64,000 nt of DNA from Candidatus Norongarragalinales archaeon (GCA_038884755.1 JAWABJ010000001.1:251378-315377), one strand, 5' to 3'. Counted from the stretch's first letter, positions 44,997-53,300 are shown. Notes: generated by a model not told the origin, from the letters alone. Translations and numbers: made by a program.

Positions 44997-45380
44997 ATGC
45001 TTAAAATCAGGCGCAACGCGCTGGAAAGCGCGCTGCAAGGCGCGCGCGAGACGCACCCCGACGAGTTCATTTGCCTGCTGCGCGGGGATAAAGTTAAAGA
45101 CAGCAAGGACGATTGGCTCGTCACGGAAGTAATCATACCGCCTTTCGCTTCCTACGAGCTCAACGCTTCGAGCTTTTCCCCGTGGTTTATTCCCGCAAAC
45201 TCGAAAGAGCTTGCCACATTCCACTCGCACCCTTCGCCGAGTTCTGCATACCCGTCGCGCCAGGATTTGAAAATGTTTTCCAACAGCCTTTTCAATCTAA
45301 TCGCCTGCTTTCCCTATAGAATTCAAGACACTAACTCTTTCGACTCCAAGGGAAAGAAAATTTCTTTCAAGATAGTGTAA
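44997..45380 (+). CDS. JAMM/MPN-family metalloprotease
   Basis: 127 aa from the ATG at 44997. JAMM motif FHSHPSPSSAYPSRQD (HxHx7Sx2D) with an upstream Glu in PDEFICLL. Confidence 0.8.
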   Translation: MLKIRRNALESALQGARETHPDEFICLLRGDKVKDSKDDWLVTEVIIPPFASYELNASSFSPWFIPANSKELATFHSHPSPSSAYPSRQDLKMFSNSLFNLIACFPYRIQDTNSFDSKGKKISFKIV

Positions 45381-45387
45381 ATTTTTT

Positions 45388-45903
45388 TCATCCCGGTGGC
45401 GTTGGAACTTCATAGTCTATTTCCGGAGATGGTTCCAGCGAAGGCTGTGGTTGTGTGTCTTCCACTAACTCTTCTTCGCTATTTTCAACAAAAACATCTT
45501 CCGGCGTTTCTTCCTGTTGTTGTCCGCTTTCACTTTCTTCTGACGATTGAATGTTTTCATTATCTTCTGACGATTGAATGTTTTCATTAACGGTTTTTTC
45601 TACCGTATTTTTTAAAGTTTGTGGGGAAGGGTTCAATTCCAAGTTTTTTTCAATAGAACTACTAACCTCTCTTGAAGGTAATGGCGGGTGCAAGAAGAAC
45701 GCGGAAGTCAAAACCAAACCCAAAAATAAGATTATCGCCGCGTTTAAGGACGGAATTCCCCTGTCTTCCAGCGGGTATATGAACCACTCGTAAACCCTCA
45801 ACCCCTTGTTTTCAAGCCAATCGCAAACTCCGTAATAATAGTTTTCAAGCTTTTCCCAAAAAGTAGGAGTTTTTGAATCCCCTTGTCCCTTCTCTCCGTA
45901 CAT
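45388..45903 (-). CDS. short paralog carrying only the giant-protein N-terminal module, a TM helix and an acidic tail
   Basis: 171 aa. FWEKLENYYYGVCDWLENKGLRVYEWFIYPLEDRGIPSLN aligns to the N-termini of the giant proteins. It is followed by a TM helix and a tail with an acidic 9-aa tandem repeat. Confidence 0.75.
   Translation of the reverse strand: MYGEKGQGDSKTPTFWEKLENYYYGVCDWLENKGLRVYEWFIYPLEDRGIPSLNAAIILFLGLVLTSAFFLHPPLPSREVSSSIEKNLELNPSPQTLKNTVEKTVNENIQSSEDNENIQSSEESESGQQQEETPEDVFVENSEEELVEDTQPQPSLEPSPEIDYEVPTPPG
45535..45588. repeat. 2 x 27-nt tandem repeat (encodes NENIQSSED / NENIQSSEE)
   Basis: 45535..45561 and 45562..45588 differ at one position, and the repeat is in frame within the 171-aa ORF. 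Confidence 0.9.
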
Positions 45904-45918
45904 GTTAATTCCGTTTTT

Positions 45919-46950
45919 TCAACTCTTCATTACGGTTGCGTACTCTATGACCACTAGGTTGGGGGTGTATTCTTGTGCTTTGCTTCCTCTGGGTGACGTG
46001 TATCCTGTTGGGTTGTCTGCGAATGCTACTCTGGGGTAGTTGTTTGTTACTGCTCCGTATAGTGGGTTTCCGTATTGGTTTGGTTTTTGGTTTTGCCAGC
46101 GGACTTCGTATCCGAAGGGTTTGTCTGATATCGTGTTGCTCCAAATGGGGTTGTAGTTGGAGTCCCATTTGGGTGCTGTGAATTGTCGGTTTTTTTGGTC
46201 GTAGGTTATCGTCCAGTATGGGTCGCAGTTTAGGGTGTTGCATACTCTTGGGTTTTTGGATCCGGAGTATGGTGTTTTTTCTGGAATGGCTATTATGAGT
46301 ATTCCGTCGTTTTTGAGTGGTCCGGCTGTGGGTTCGTTTGAGTCCATTATAATGATTGTTGCTTGTTCCTGGGAGTTGTAGTTGTAGTATAGTGGGTTGA
46401 CTGCTACTTTTCCTCCTAGTTCTTGGGATGCGTTGCCGTAGCCTACGGGTTTGTATCTGTCGATTTGTGGGCTTATTTTTTGGAAGATTGTGCCTGCTGT
46501 GAATGTTTCTTTTGAGTCTGCGGTTGTGGCTTGTGGAGTGGTTAGAATCAGTACTTCGTTTGTTGCTGTGAATGCGCCGGGTATTTGCGAGGATATTCGA
46601 ATGAAATCTCCCCTAAGAAGAGTTCCATCCCTTTCGAGTATTATTCCCGTTTGAGGGAGAGACATTAAAGTCAGCGTGTCTTCCTTGTTAGTAAACTTTG
46701 AACCTCCCGAGTTTGAATCGGAAAACTTTAGAGTGCATTTGTCTGCTACCGTCAAGGAATACCCGCTTCCCGGTTCAAATGTTGTCGCCAAAGTGAAATT
46801 TTTGTAATAGTTGTAGTTGTCGATGATTTCGTACTTCCAAGGGCCGCTTTCAACAACGCAGTTGTTTTTGATTGACTCGAAGTCGATGGTTTGACTCCAG
46901 CCTATTTGATTCTTGCCTTCAAACAATTCAATGCTGTAAACTCCGCGCAT
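45919..46950 (-). CDS. N/Y/T-rich beta-type extracellular-looking protein without signal peptide (possible 5'-truncated S-layer-like gene)
   Basis: 343 aa in a lower-GC region with no N-terminal hydrophobic segment. The C-terminal ...TSPRGSKAQEYTPNLVVIEYA is reminiscent of archaeal S-layer C-terminal domains, but this is from memory and is weak. It abuts the transposase fragment. Confidence 0.5.
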   Translation of the reverse strand: MRGVYSIELFEGKNQIGWSQTIDFESIKNNCVVESGPWKYEIIDNYNYYKNFTLATTFEPGSGYSLTVADKCTLKFSDSNSGGSKFTNKEDTLTLMSLPQTGIILERDGTLLRGDFIRISSQIPGAFTATNEVLILTTPQATTADSKETFTAGTIFQKISPQIDRYKPVGYGNASQELGGKVAVNPLYYNYNSQEQATIIIMDSNEPTAGPLKNDGILIIAIPEKTPYSGSKNPRVCNTLNCDPYWTITYDQKNRQFTAPKWDSNYNPIWSNTISDKPFGYEVRWQNQKPNQYGNPLYGAVTNNYPRVAFADNPTGYTSPRGSKAQEYTPNLVVIEYATVMKS

Positions 46951-46987
46951 GCTGTTATAAATTCTTTCTTTAAAAGCACGAGGCTCT

Positions 46988-47242
46988 TTGCTATGGAAGA
47001 AAATGTTTCACTTTTTCCAGCTAAACCAAGAAGAGTTTTACCGCCATTACCACTTACGAAGCAACGTGGAAAGCACGTTTAACATGATTAAAGCCAAGTT
47101 CGGCGATGTTTTGAAAAGCAAGACGAAAACGGCGCAGGAGAACGAGTTGTTGCTGAAAATCTTGTGCCACAACCTCGTGGTAGTAATTCACGAAACAAAC
47201 GAGTTAGGCATTACCGCCGATTTTCTGTGTAAAAAGGTTTGA
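46988..47242 (+). mobile_element. C-terminal fragment of a DDE (IS4/IS5-type) transposase; IS remnant
   Basis: An 84-aa ORF holding only the C-terminal signature region Y-x2-R-x3-E-x6-K (YHLRSNVESTFNMIKAKFG). No N-terminal part is present upstream. Nested inverted repeats lie directly downstream. Confidence 0.65.
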
Positions 47243-47332
47243 GGGTGTGTGAAATGTAGGCATTTACACAAGGCTTTTACACAAAGCTCTTAGAGGTGGA
47301 ACGGCTGTTGCCAGCTTTTTTCCGCGAGAGGT

Positions 47333-47791
47333 CTATGGCTTGTAAAGATTTTTTTCGTAAAGCAAAACCGTCTTTCCTCCGAGTTGTTTTTCCAAAACGC
47401 CTTTCTTCGCGAAGCCGAATTCCCCGTAAAGCTTTATTGCGACAGCGTTGTCTTCGGCTACGAGCAAAAACGCCTTGGGACAGTTTTTGGCTTTAGCGAA
47501 TTCGATGCAGTGCTGCAGCAGTCTTCGCCCTATGCCCTTGCCTTGAAGCTCTTTGAGCACGGCAAGGCCTAGGATTTTGGCGTTGCCGTCGTCCTGGATT
47601 TCTATATCCGCAAAACCCACCGTATGCCCTCCGCTCAAGGCGATGAAATAGAAAACTTTGTTGCTAGCAATCCGTTCCCTGATGGTTTGGAAAGTAAAGC
47701 CTGTATAAGGAAAGAAGTGGCGCGTGATTTGCGTTATCGCGTAAAGGTGCTTTTCTTCAGCTGGAACTATGTTAATTTCAACTTGCTCCAT
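47333..47791 (-). CDS. GNAT family N-acetyltransferase (RimI-like)
   Basis: 152 aa from the ATG at 47791, with the acetyl-CoA motif LAVLKELQGKGIGRRLL. Confidence 0.8.
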   Translation of the reverse strand: MEQVEINIVPAEEKHLYAITQITRHFFPYTGFTFQTIRERIASNKVFYFIALSGGHTVGFADIEIQDDGNAKILGLAVLKELQGKGIGRRLLQHCIEFAKAKNCPKAFLLVAEDNAVAIKLYGEFGFAKKGVLEKQLGGKTVLLYEKNLYKP

Positions 47792-47796
47792 GTTAT

Positions 47797-48372
47797 TTAT
47801 CCTGCTGTTGAGGGAACAAAATCTTTTGCCTTTGTCCAATCGCCTTCAAAAACCTTTTCGAACTCTTGAGCCAGAGAAACGCTTTCGACCACCACGCTGC
47901 TTTCGCGGTTGGAGCGCATTGCTTGCCTGCTCCAGTTGGTGCTTCCAACCAAAACCTTTCTTCCATCAACAACCGCAGTTTTCGAATGTGTGTTAGTGTA
48001 TTCTTTGGAGGCGAATCGAACTTGCACGCCTTTGTTTGCGAGAAACTCGGCGGTCGCGTAGTTCGATTCAACCCGCGGTTCGAGCAATACCCTAACTTTA
48101 ACTCCCTTGCCTGCAGCTTGCGCGAGCGTTTCCATCATTCCGGGGTTGGAAAACTGGTAGAGCATGGCGTCGAGAGTGCGTTCGGCCGAAAGGGCGAATG
48201 ATTCGAAATCGCCTTGCGAGCCGGGCGAGAATATGGCTTGCACGCTTGCAGCGCAGTATTGCGTTTGCATGATGGGGCGGTGGAGCGCCTGTACTGCGTA
48301 GAGGGATGCGATGGCGCAGAAAAAGCCTAGGGTGAAAACGAGTGCGAGCTCGAGCCTGCCGTGCGATTCCAT
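47797..48372 (-). CDS. phospholipase D / Nuc-like single-HKD protein, membrane-anchored or secreted
   Basis: HKD motif HSKTAVVDGRKVLVGSTNWS and an N-terminal hydrophobic helix. The start at 48372 (MESHGRLELALV...) is preferred, because the track start at 48435 overlaps the upstream gene. Confidence 0.75.
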   Translation of the reverse strand: MESHGRLELALVFTLGFFCAIASLYAVQALHRPIMQTQYCAASVQAIFSPGSQGDFESFALSAERTLDAMLYQFSNPGMMETLAQAAGKGVKVRVLLEPRVESNYATAEFLANKGVQVRFASKEYTNTHSKTAVVDGRKVLVGSTNWSRQAMRSNRESSVVVESVSLAQEFEKVFEGDWTKAKDFVPSTAG

Positions 48373-48409
48373 GCTTCTGTTCTTTATTTGATGACGCCTG
48401 CCTTGTTTT

Positions 48410-49285
48410 TTAATAGTATGCTTCGACGACTGCACCTATCGCGAGAAGCGCGAGCGAAAGGATTGTGAGAAATGCCACGTCTTCAATCAGGTATTTGAAA
48501 AACGGCTTTTTGTTTGAAGAACGGAGTATAGCTATGGACAACACGCCTCCAGCTAGCGCCGCCACCAAGTAAGAAGTTATTTCGAAAATGCCGTGGGGAA
48601 TCAGGCTCAGGAACCCCACTAGAACTCCTAGCATTCCTTGTTGCACGAGCTTTTCGCCAAGAATCACCCCTATTATAGACGCATTCCACAAGAGCAAATA
48701 CAACGCCCCTATGCCGTACAACAGAGAGAACAGGAACATCAGCGCCAAAACCTGGACGTTGTGCGTAAGCAAAAACTCGAATTTTTCGGCGCTGAAAACC
48801 TGGGCGGTTATTACCGCCCTTAACGTGCGGATTTCTTGGAGTTGCGAGTAGAACAGGTCGTAAGACTGCTGCTGGGGCAGTATACTGAACCAGAAAGTGT
48901 ACGCCAAAATCGCGCCGAGAAACACGAACCCGAAGAGTTCTATCATGGTCTTGTGCACGTTTATTATTCGCTTGAACCGCTGAAGCAGCGCGAATCTCGA
49001 AAGGTGCGAGAGCTGCTCGTCCTTCAATTCCTTCAGGACTTTCTTCCACTCGTCGATTTCCTCTTTCATGGTGTCGAAATGCTCTTCTTCCGCCTCGTCT
49101 CGCAAAAGGATGAAGAAAAACAGCGGAATCAATGGAATGAGGGCGAAAATGATGACCGAGCCTTGCAGCGAGGGGATGAGCATTTGCGTCAAAACGCCAA
49201 ACGAAACGAAGAGGAACGAAACGACGGCAAGCTCCCAAGGCTTGCGTTTTGCTTCTGAAGGCGAAACTATGTACTCCAAGACCAT
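48410..49285 (-). CDS. SpoIIM/DUF95-family integral membrane protein
   Basis: The start at 49285 gives MVLEYIVSPSEAKRKPWE.... The C-terminal LLWNASIIGV...LIPHGIFEITSYLVAALAG is typical of the family. The upstream part of the track ORF overlaps the tRNA gene. Confidence 0.7.
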   Translation of the reverse strand: MVLEYIVSPSEAKRKPWELAVVSFLFVSFGVLTQMLIPSLQGSVIIFALIPLIPLFFFILLRDEAEEEHFDTMKEEIDEWKKVLKELKDEQLSHLSRFALLQRFKRIINVHKTMIELFGFVFLGAILAYTFWFSILPQQQSYDLFYSQLQEIRTLRAVITAQVFSAEKFEFLLTHNVQVLALMFLFSLLYGIGALYLLLWNASIIGVILGEKLVQQGMLGVLVGFLSLIPHGIFEITSYLVAALAGGVLSIAILRSSNKKPFFKYLIEDVAFLTILSLALLAIGAVVEAYY

Positions 49286-49389
49286 TTTTTTATCGAAAAC
49301 GCTTACGGAAAAAGAAATTAAAACGCTTTTGTTGCACATACTACCCTGCAGTTGCGGCGATGGTCTAGTGGCATGATGCGACCTTCCCA

Positions 49390-49429
49390 ATGAATTTTTC
49401 TTCAAGAAAGAAAAGTTCAGTAAAGAAAA
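49390..49429 (+). other. tRNA intron 1 (canonical 37/38 position, about 40 nt)
   Basis: It separates the anticodon loop from the 3' half of the anticodon stem. It contains an 11-bp hairpin, GAATTTTTCTT/AAGAAAAGTTC. The boundary is ambiguous by 1 nt because of an A-run. Confidence 0.65.
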
Positions 49430-49450
49430 AGGTCGCGGCCCGGGTCCGAT

Positions 49451-49507
49451 AGGTGGGAGAAACACAGTTTCTCTTTCTGCCCTCTTCCTTGCGGTGGAGT
49501 ACGGAAA
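49451..49507 (+). other. tRNA intron 2 (T-loop, about position 59/60, about 57 nt)
   Basis: It separates the T-stem halves. TCCG (49445-48) can pair with CGGA (49502-05), flanked by 3-nt bulges ATA and AAT, giving a bulge-helix-bulge-like geometry. An internal hairpin is GGGAGAAAC-ACA-GTTTCTCTT. Confidence 0.5.
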
Positions 49508-49525
49508 TCCCGGTCGCCGCACTCC

Positions 49526-49530
49526 GTTTT
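49526..49530 (+). terminator. oligo-T tract after the tRNA
   Basis: T5 lies 5 nt after the discriminator base. A T10 run follows at 49549-49558. Confidence 0.4.
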
Positions 49531-49787
49531 TCAGAAACGATTTAAATCTTTTTTTTTTCCATATTTCGTTCGTATGCCGGCAAAACCCACGCCGCGCGCA
49601 ATCGGAGTTTCGCTCTTGCGCGTCGCAGTCCACGAAGATGTTTTACACTTTTTTTTTCACGAAGAGCATTCGAAGCCCAAGCCGATTCGCTGGGCTTTGC
49701 AATTCGCGCTTTGAGGACGTACCCCGCGTGGAGGGTGAAGCTCCCTCCTCAAACCCAGCACCAGCCTAAGCTACAATAGCACGGGTT

Positions 49788-50342
49788 TTAGCACTTGAAC
49801 GTCGAAGCCATGTAGTTTACCATTTTCAAGTCTTGCTTGAGCGAAACGGGTATTAGCGAAGTGAGTATTGCGTTGTAGGAAGGGCATTCGAAGTAATGCA
49901 GCCTTACCGTGATTTTTTCTCCCGCGATTTCTTTTTCGAAGGAAATTACCGTCGCCTTGCCGAACGCTTTTCCTTGCGAAAGGGTTTTCCTTTCCTGCGA
50001 ATCGAGCGAATCTATAGTATCCGCGGTCAGGGACTGCACGTTTTCGCTTGCAACAGTTATTTCAACCACTTCCGCAATTCCGCGTCCGGATGCGCTGAAA
50101 CTCACGCGGATTGGGCTGGAAGGATCGGGCGATTCGACGGCCCTGAACGACTGCGGATAGCTTATCTCGAATCCAAGCTCGTTCCTGTAAGCAAGGAAAT
50201 CGTCTTGGCTTACGCCCGAGTAGTCTTCAAACGCATTTGCCCCGAAGAAGGGCTGAACGTAACCCAGTCCCACGAGAATGCCTACCGCTAGGATTACCGC
50301 CGTGACAATCGATATTACCGTTTTGTTCATGTGTTTCATCAC
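49788..50342 (-). CDS. small membrane-anchored/secreted protein coupled to giant gene 3
   Basis: 184 aa with the N-terminal anchor KTVISIVTAVILAVGILVGLGYV. Its start codon overlaps the stop of the 3040-aa gene (GTGATGA). Confidence 0.65.
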   Translation of the reverse strand: MMKHMNKTVISIVTAVILAVGILVGLGYVQPFFGANAFEDYSGVSQDDFLAYRNELGFEISYPQSFRAVESPDPSSPIRVSFSASGRGIAEVVEITVASENVQSLTADTIDSLDSQERKTLSQGKAFGKATVISFEKEIAGEKITVRLHYFECPSYNAILTSLIPVSLKQDLKMVNYMASTFKC

Positions 50343-53300
50343 GCGTTTCGTTCTCTCATCTGGTTCGCGGTGTTTTCCAACGCGATTTTGGCTTTGGAAG
50401 CGGCTTCCTCTTCCTTTCCTTCCACCACTTGCACGCTCAAAATTTCTTCGCCCGACGGGGTTTTTTCTACTATCACGAGTCCTTGAGACTGCATTTCGTC
50501 GAGCGTTTGCCTGGCGTTTTTGACCGCGTCGAAGCTTGCGTCTCCGTTCGCTATTGCCGCGAGCGTTTCGACGCTACCCTGCGCTTGCTCCCTCGCGTCT
50601 CCCGCGGCGGTTTCTTCGGAATCCCCTTCTTGGGAGTAATCGCAAGGCGCGCCTATTTCTTTTTCAGTCAATTCTGCTTCAACGTTTCCTTGGAACGTGG
50701 GTTCGACGTCGGGCGCGAACAGGGAATCAAACAATTCAATGTAGTCATAAGAACCTCCGCTGGCGTCGATGAAGAACATGGCGTACGCAGGAATCTTCTC
50801 TCCCTTTTGCACTACGCCACTGTAGGGAATGTCGAGTTTCTTTACGTACAGGCATGCTTCCTTCCCTTCGCAAGCCTGTTGGGTGAAGCAAAGCCTTTTT
50901 TCCTTGTCGCACTTTTTGGTGGCAGGGTCGTAGTAGCAATACGCTACCGTGGAAGGATTGCCGTTTTCGGCGAAATGCATTGAAACCAAATAGTTCGTGA
51001 CTCGTTCGGCCAAAGGCGCTTCGACAGGCTCGCTTTGCACGTTGGTAATCAAGCTGAGCAACGCGGTGGGCGCGTATTGCGCTAGCAGCCTTCCGATTCT
51101 CGCTATTCCCCTTGGCTTCTGCACTTGGGGGGTTGAAACCGGTTGCGTAGGCGCCCCGCCTGTTTCTACTTGCTGCGGCGTTCCTCCTGTTGCAGGCGCA
51201 GCTCCGCCTGCTCCTGCCCCGCCGCCCGTAGGCCCGCCGATATTTTGCCCTCCGTGAACCGTTCCGAAGTTTTGGTTTCCGTAATTGATATTGAAGAAGT
51301 TGTTGTTTATCCGCTCGTAAGCGTTTTTGGTTGTGGAAAAAACTCCGCCGGGATTTGTCGCCGCCCTGTAGTAGGAGTAATAGGACGCCCTGGCGCTTGT
51401 AGCTGCTTGTCCTGCAGCCGACGACGCGCCTGCAGCGGGAATTTCTTGGGGCAGGAACGGGACAGGAAGATAGCGTTGGTATGGCACGGGCAGCATGTTA
51501 GGGCGCCTTACTATGGCTCGGTACGGCACTAGCGCAGTTCCTTCTTGCGTTATTCTTGCTGTTGCCTTTCGTTCGACGTCGGACAAAATCCTGTTTTTCA
51601 CGTCCGGAGTGATTTCTCCGAAGTTGAACTGGTGGCTTTGCCTTCCCGAACGGAAGAATTCGTTGTACAAATAACGCATTTCTTCGGATTCGGAGCCTGT
51701 GAGCGTGCTTTTAGCGACGAGTTCGTCGAGCCTTTGCGCCGCGAAGTAATCGCTGGCGTAGCCTTCAATCACCGCGCCTGTGACTGGCGAGAGTGCAACT
51801 GCAGTGAACGCGCCTGTTTGCCTTCCGAAGCTTCCGCCCGTGACAGCCGCAATGTTGCTTCCTCCGTAAACCGCAGTCGGGTCTTCAACCGAACCGGTTA
51901 TTGCCGAGCTTACGTAAGTGAACGTGGCGCTTCCCAAAGCGCGCAAGGCGATTTGCCTGAATGCGGCTGAAGCCGGCCCGCCGAAGCCGGCGTCTATGAA
52001 CGCCTGGGGGTACATCACGAAACGCAAGTGAGTGCAGAAGTCTGTTCCGGTGCAGGCGTTTGAAGCTGAAACTCCTTTCACGATTCCGCACGAAGAGAGG
52101 GTTTCAACGTTGTACAAAATGAGGTTGGCGCACAACCTTGCTATAAACCCTTGCTGGGGGCCGGGAATGAACGCGCTCGCGCAAGCTGCTGCAGTCCCTC
52201 CGTGCCAGCCTATTGCCAACGCATTTTTCATTCCCTGCACGTTGGCTTCGCACAACGCGCCGTCGTCGAAAAACGGTTTGGAACTGTCGACGAAACCGTT
52301 GGTGTTGAGGTTGTCAAACACTTGCGGGGAGAGCGAGTACATCGAACTCACGATTTGCCCGGCCATCTTGTAGTCGTTCGCGTCGGCTTTCTCCGAGTAC
52401 TTGCCTATTTCAATGAAGTCAGGCAAGCCGTTGAAGCGCATGTTCACCGGGCTTTCGATTATTTCATTGCCGGTATACACGAACAAGTCGTCAGCGGGCA
52501 TGAGCAAAGGCGCGTTGGCGAGGGTTTCCTCGCAGCTCATGAGTTTTTGCGAGCGGAATTCGATTTGCAGCGGCTTTTTGCCGCCCTCGATTTTCTTTGG
52601 GTCGAACTCGCAGAACCCTCCGCTTGCGGCGGGGTTCAAGTGCGCTTCGACCAAGTACGCGCCGCATCCCGTGAAGTCGATTTTAGCCTGTTCCGAAACC
52701 TTGAACTCCTTGAATTTCGACTGCCTTCCGATTTGCTCGGCCATTTGCTTCATGGCGTCGTCCAAATCGGCGGCAGCGCGCGTGTTGGACAAGTGCAGGA
52801 CGAAGCTCATTTTCCACGGGAGGTTGGTGCAAACCGTCTTCACGCTTGAAGTGTCGTTGGTTTCGGCGTCGAATTTCATGGACGCCACGCTCATGAAGTT
52901 GCAAATCGCGTTTATCGCCGAATCGTAAGTGCAGAAGTTGTTTTGGCAGTACGCGTAGTTGAAGCCCGGGTCGCACTGCACTTGCTTTTTCTTCAGCTGC
53001 GCGCCTGCGACGGGCGAGGGAGTGGGCGTGGGTTTTTCTCCCGTCGCTCCAACCCAAAGCGTTCCTATTGGCGTGGACGGGTAGAGCGACTCGCTTCCTG
53101 CGGGGGGAGTAAACACTTGCACTTTCAAGGTTTTAACTCTCTCTTCGCCGGTTCTCGCGCCTTTCGCTATGATTTTATAGTCGCTTGCGCTGGCGTGCTT
53201 GGCTTCGCATTCGAGGAAGATGCTTTCGCCTTTCGCAAGGATTTTTCCTCCGGCCACGCTTGCGCCGCGCGCGTTGTCGTAGTAGAAGCAGGATATCTGC

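Larger units (their letters stand above)
49354..49521 (+). tRNA. tRNA-Gly(CCC): tRNA-Gly(CCC) with two putative introns
   Basis: - Acceptor stem GCGGCGA/TCGCCGC with discriminator A.
- D-arm carries A14 and GG.
- Anticodon stem CGACC/GGTCG with loop TTCCCAA.
- T-stem CCGGG/CCCGG.
- C2-G71 and G3-C70, as expected for Gly.
- No encoded CCA.
- A T5 run follows at 49526.
- AAATTAAA lies about 35 nt upstream. Confidence 0.75.

Noticed and set aside
45535-45588. A tandem 27-nt repeat, considered as a possible CRISPR or minisatellite locus.
   Set aside because: There are only two directly adjacent copies with no spacers, and they are in frame inside a coding region. This is a coding tandem duplication, not a CRISPR array. 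No CRISPR-like repeat-spacer structure was seen anywhere in the window.
49286-49633. The N-terminal 116 codons of the track ORF 48410..49633.
   Set aside because: The extension is non-hydrophobic Arg/Ser/Pro-rich sequence that runs antisense through the tRNA-Gly gene and its promoter. The SpoIIM-like homology and first TM helix begin at the ATG at 49285.
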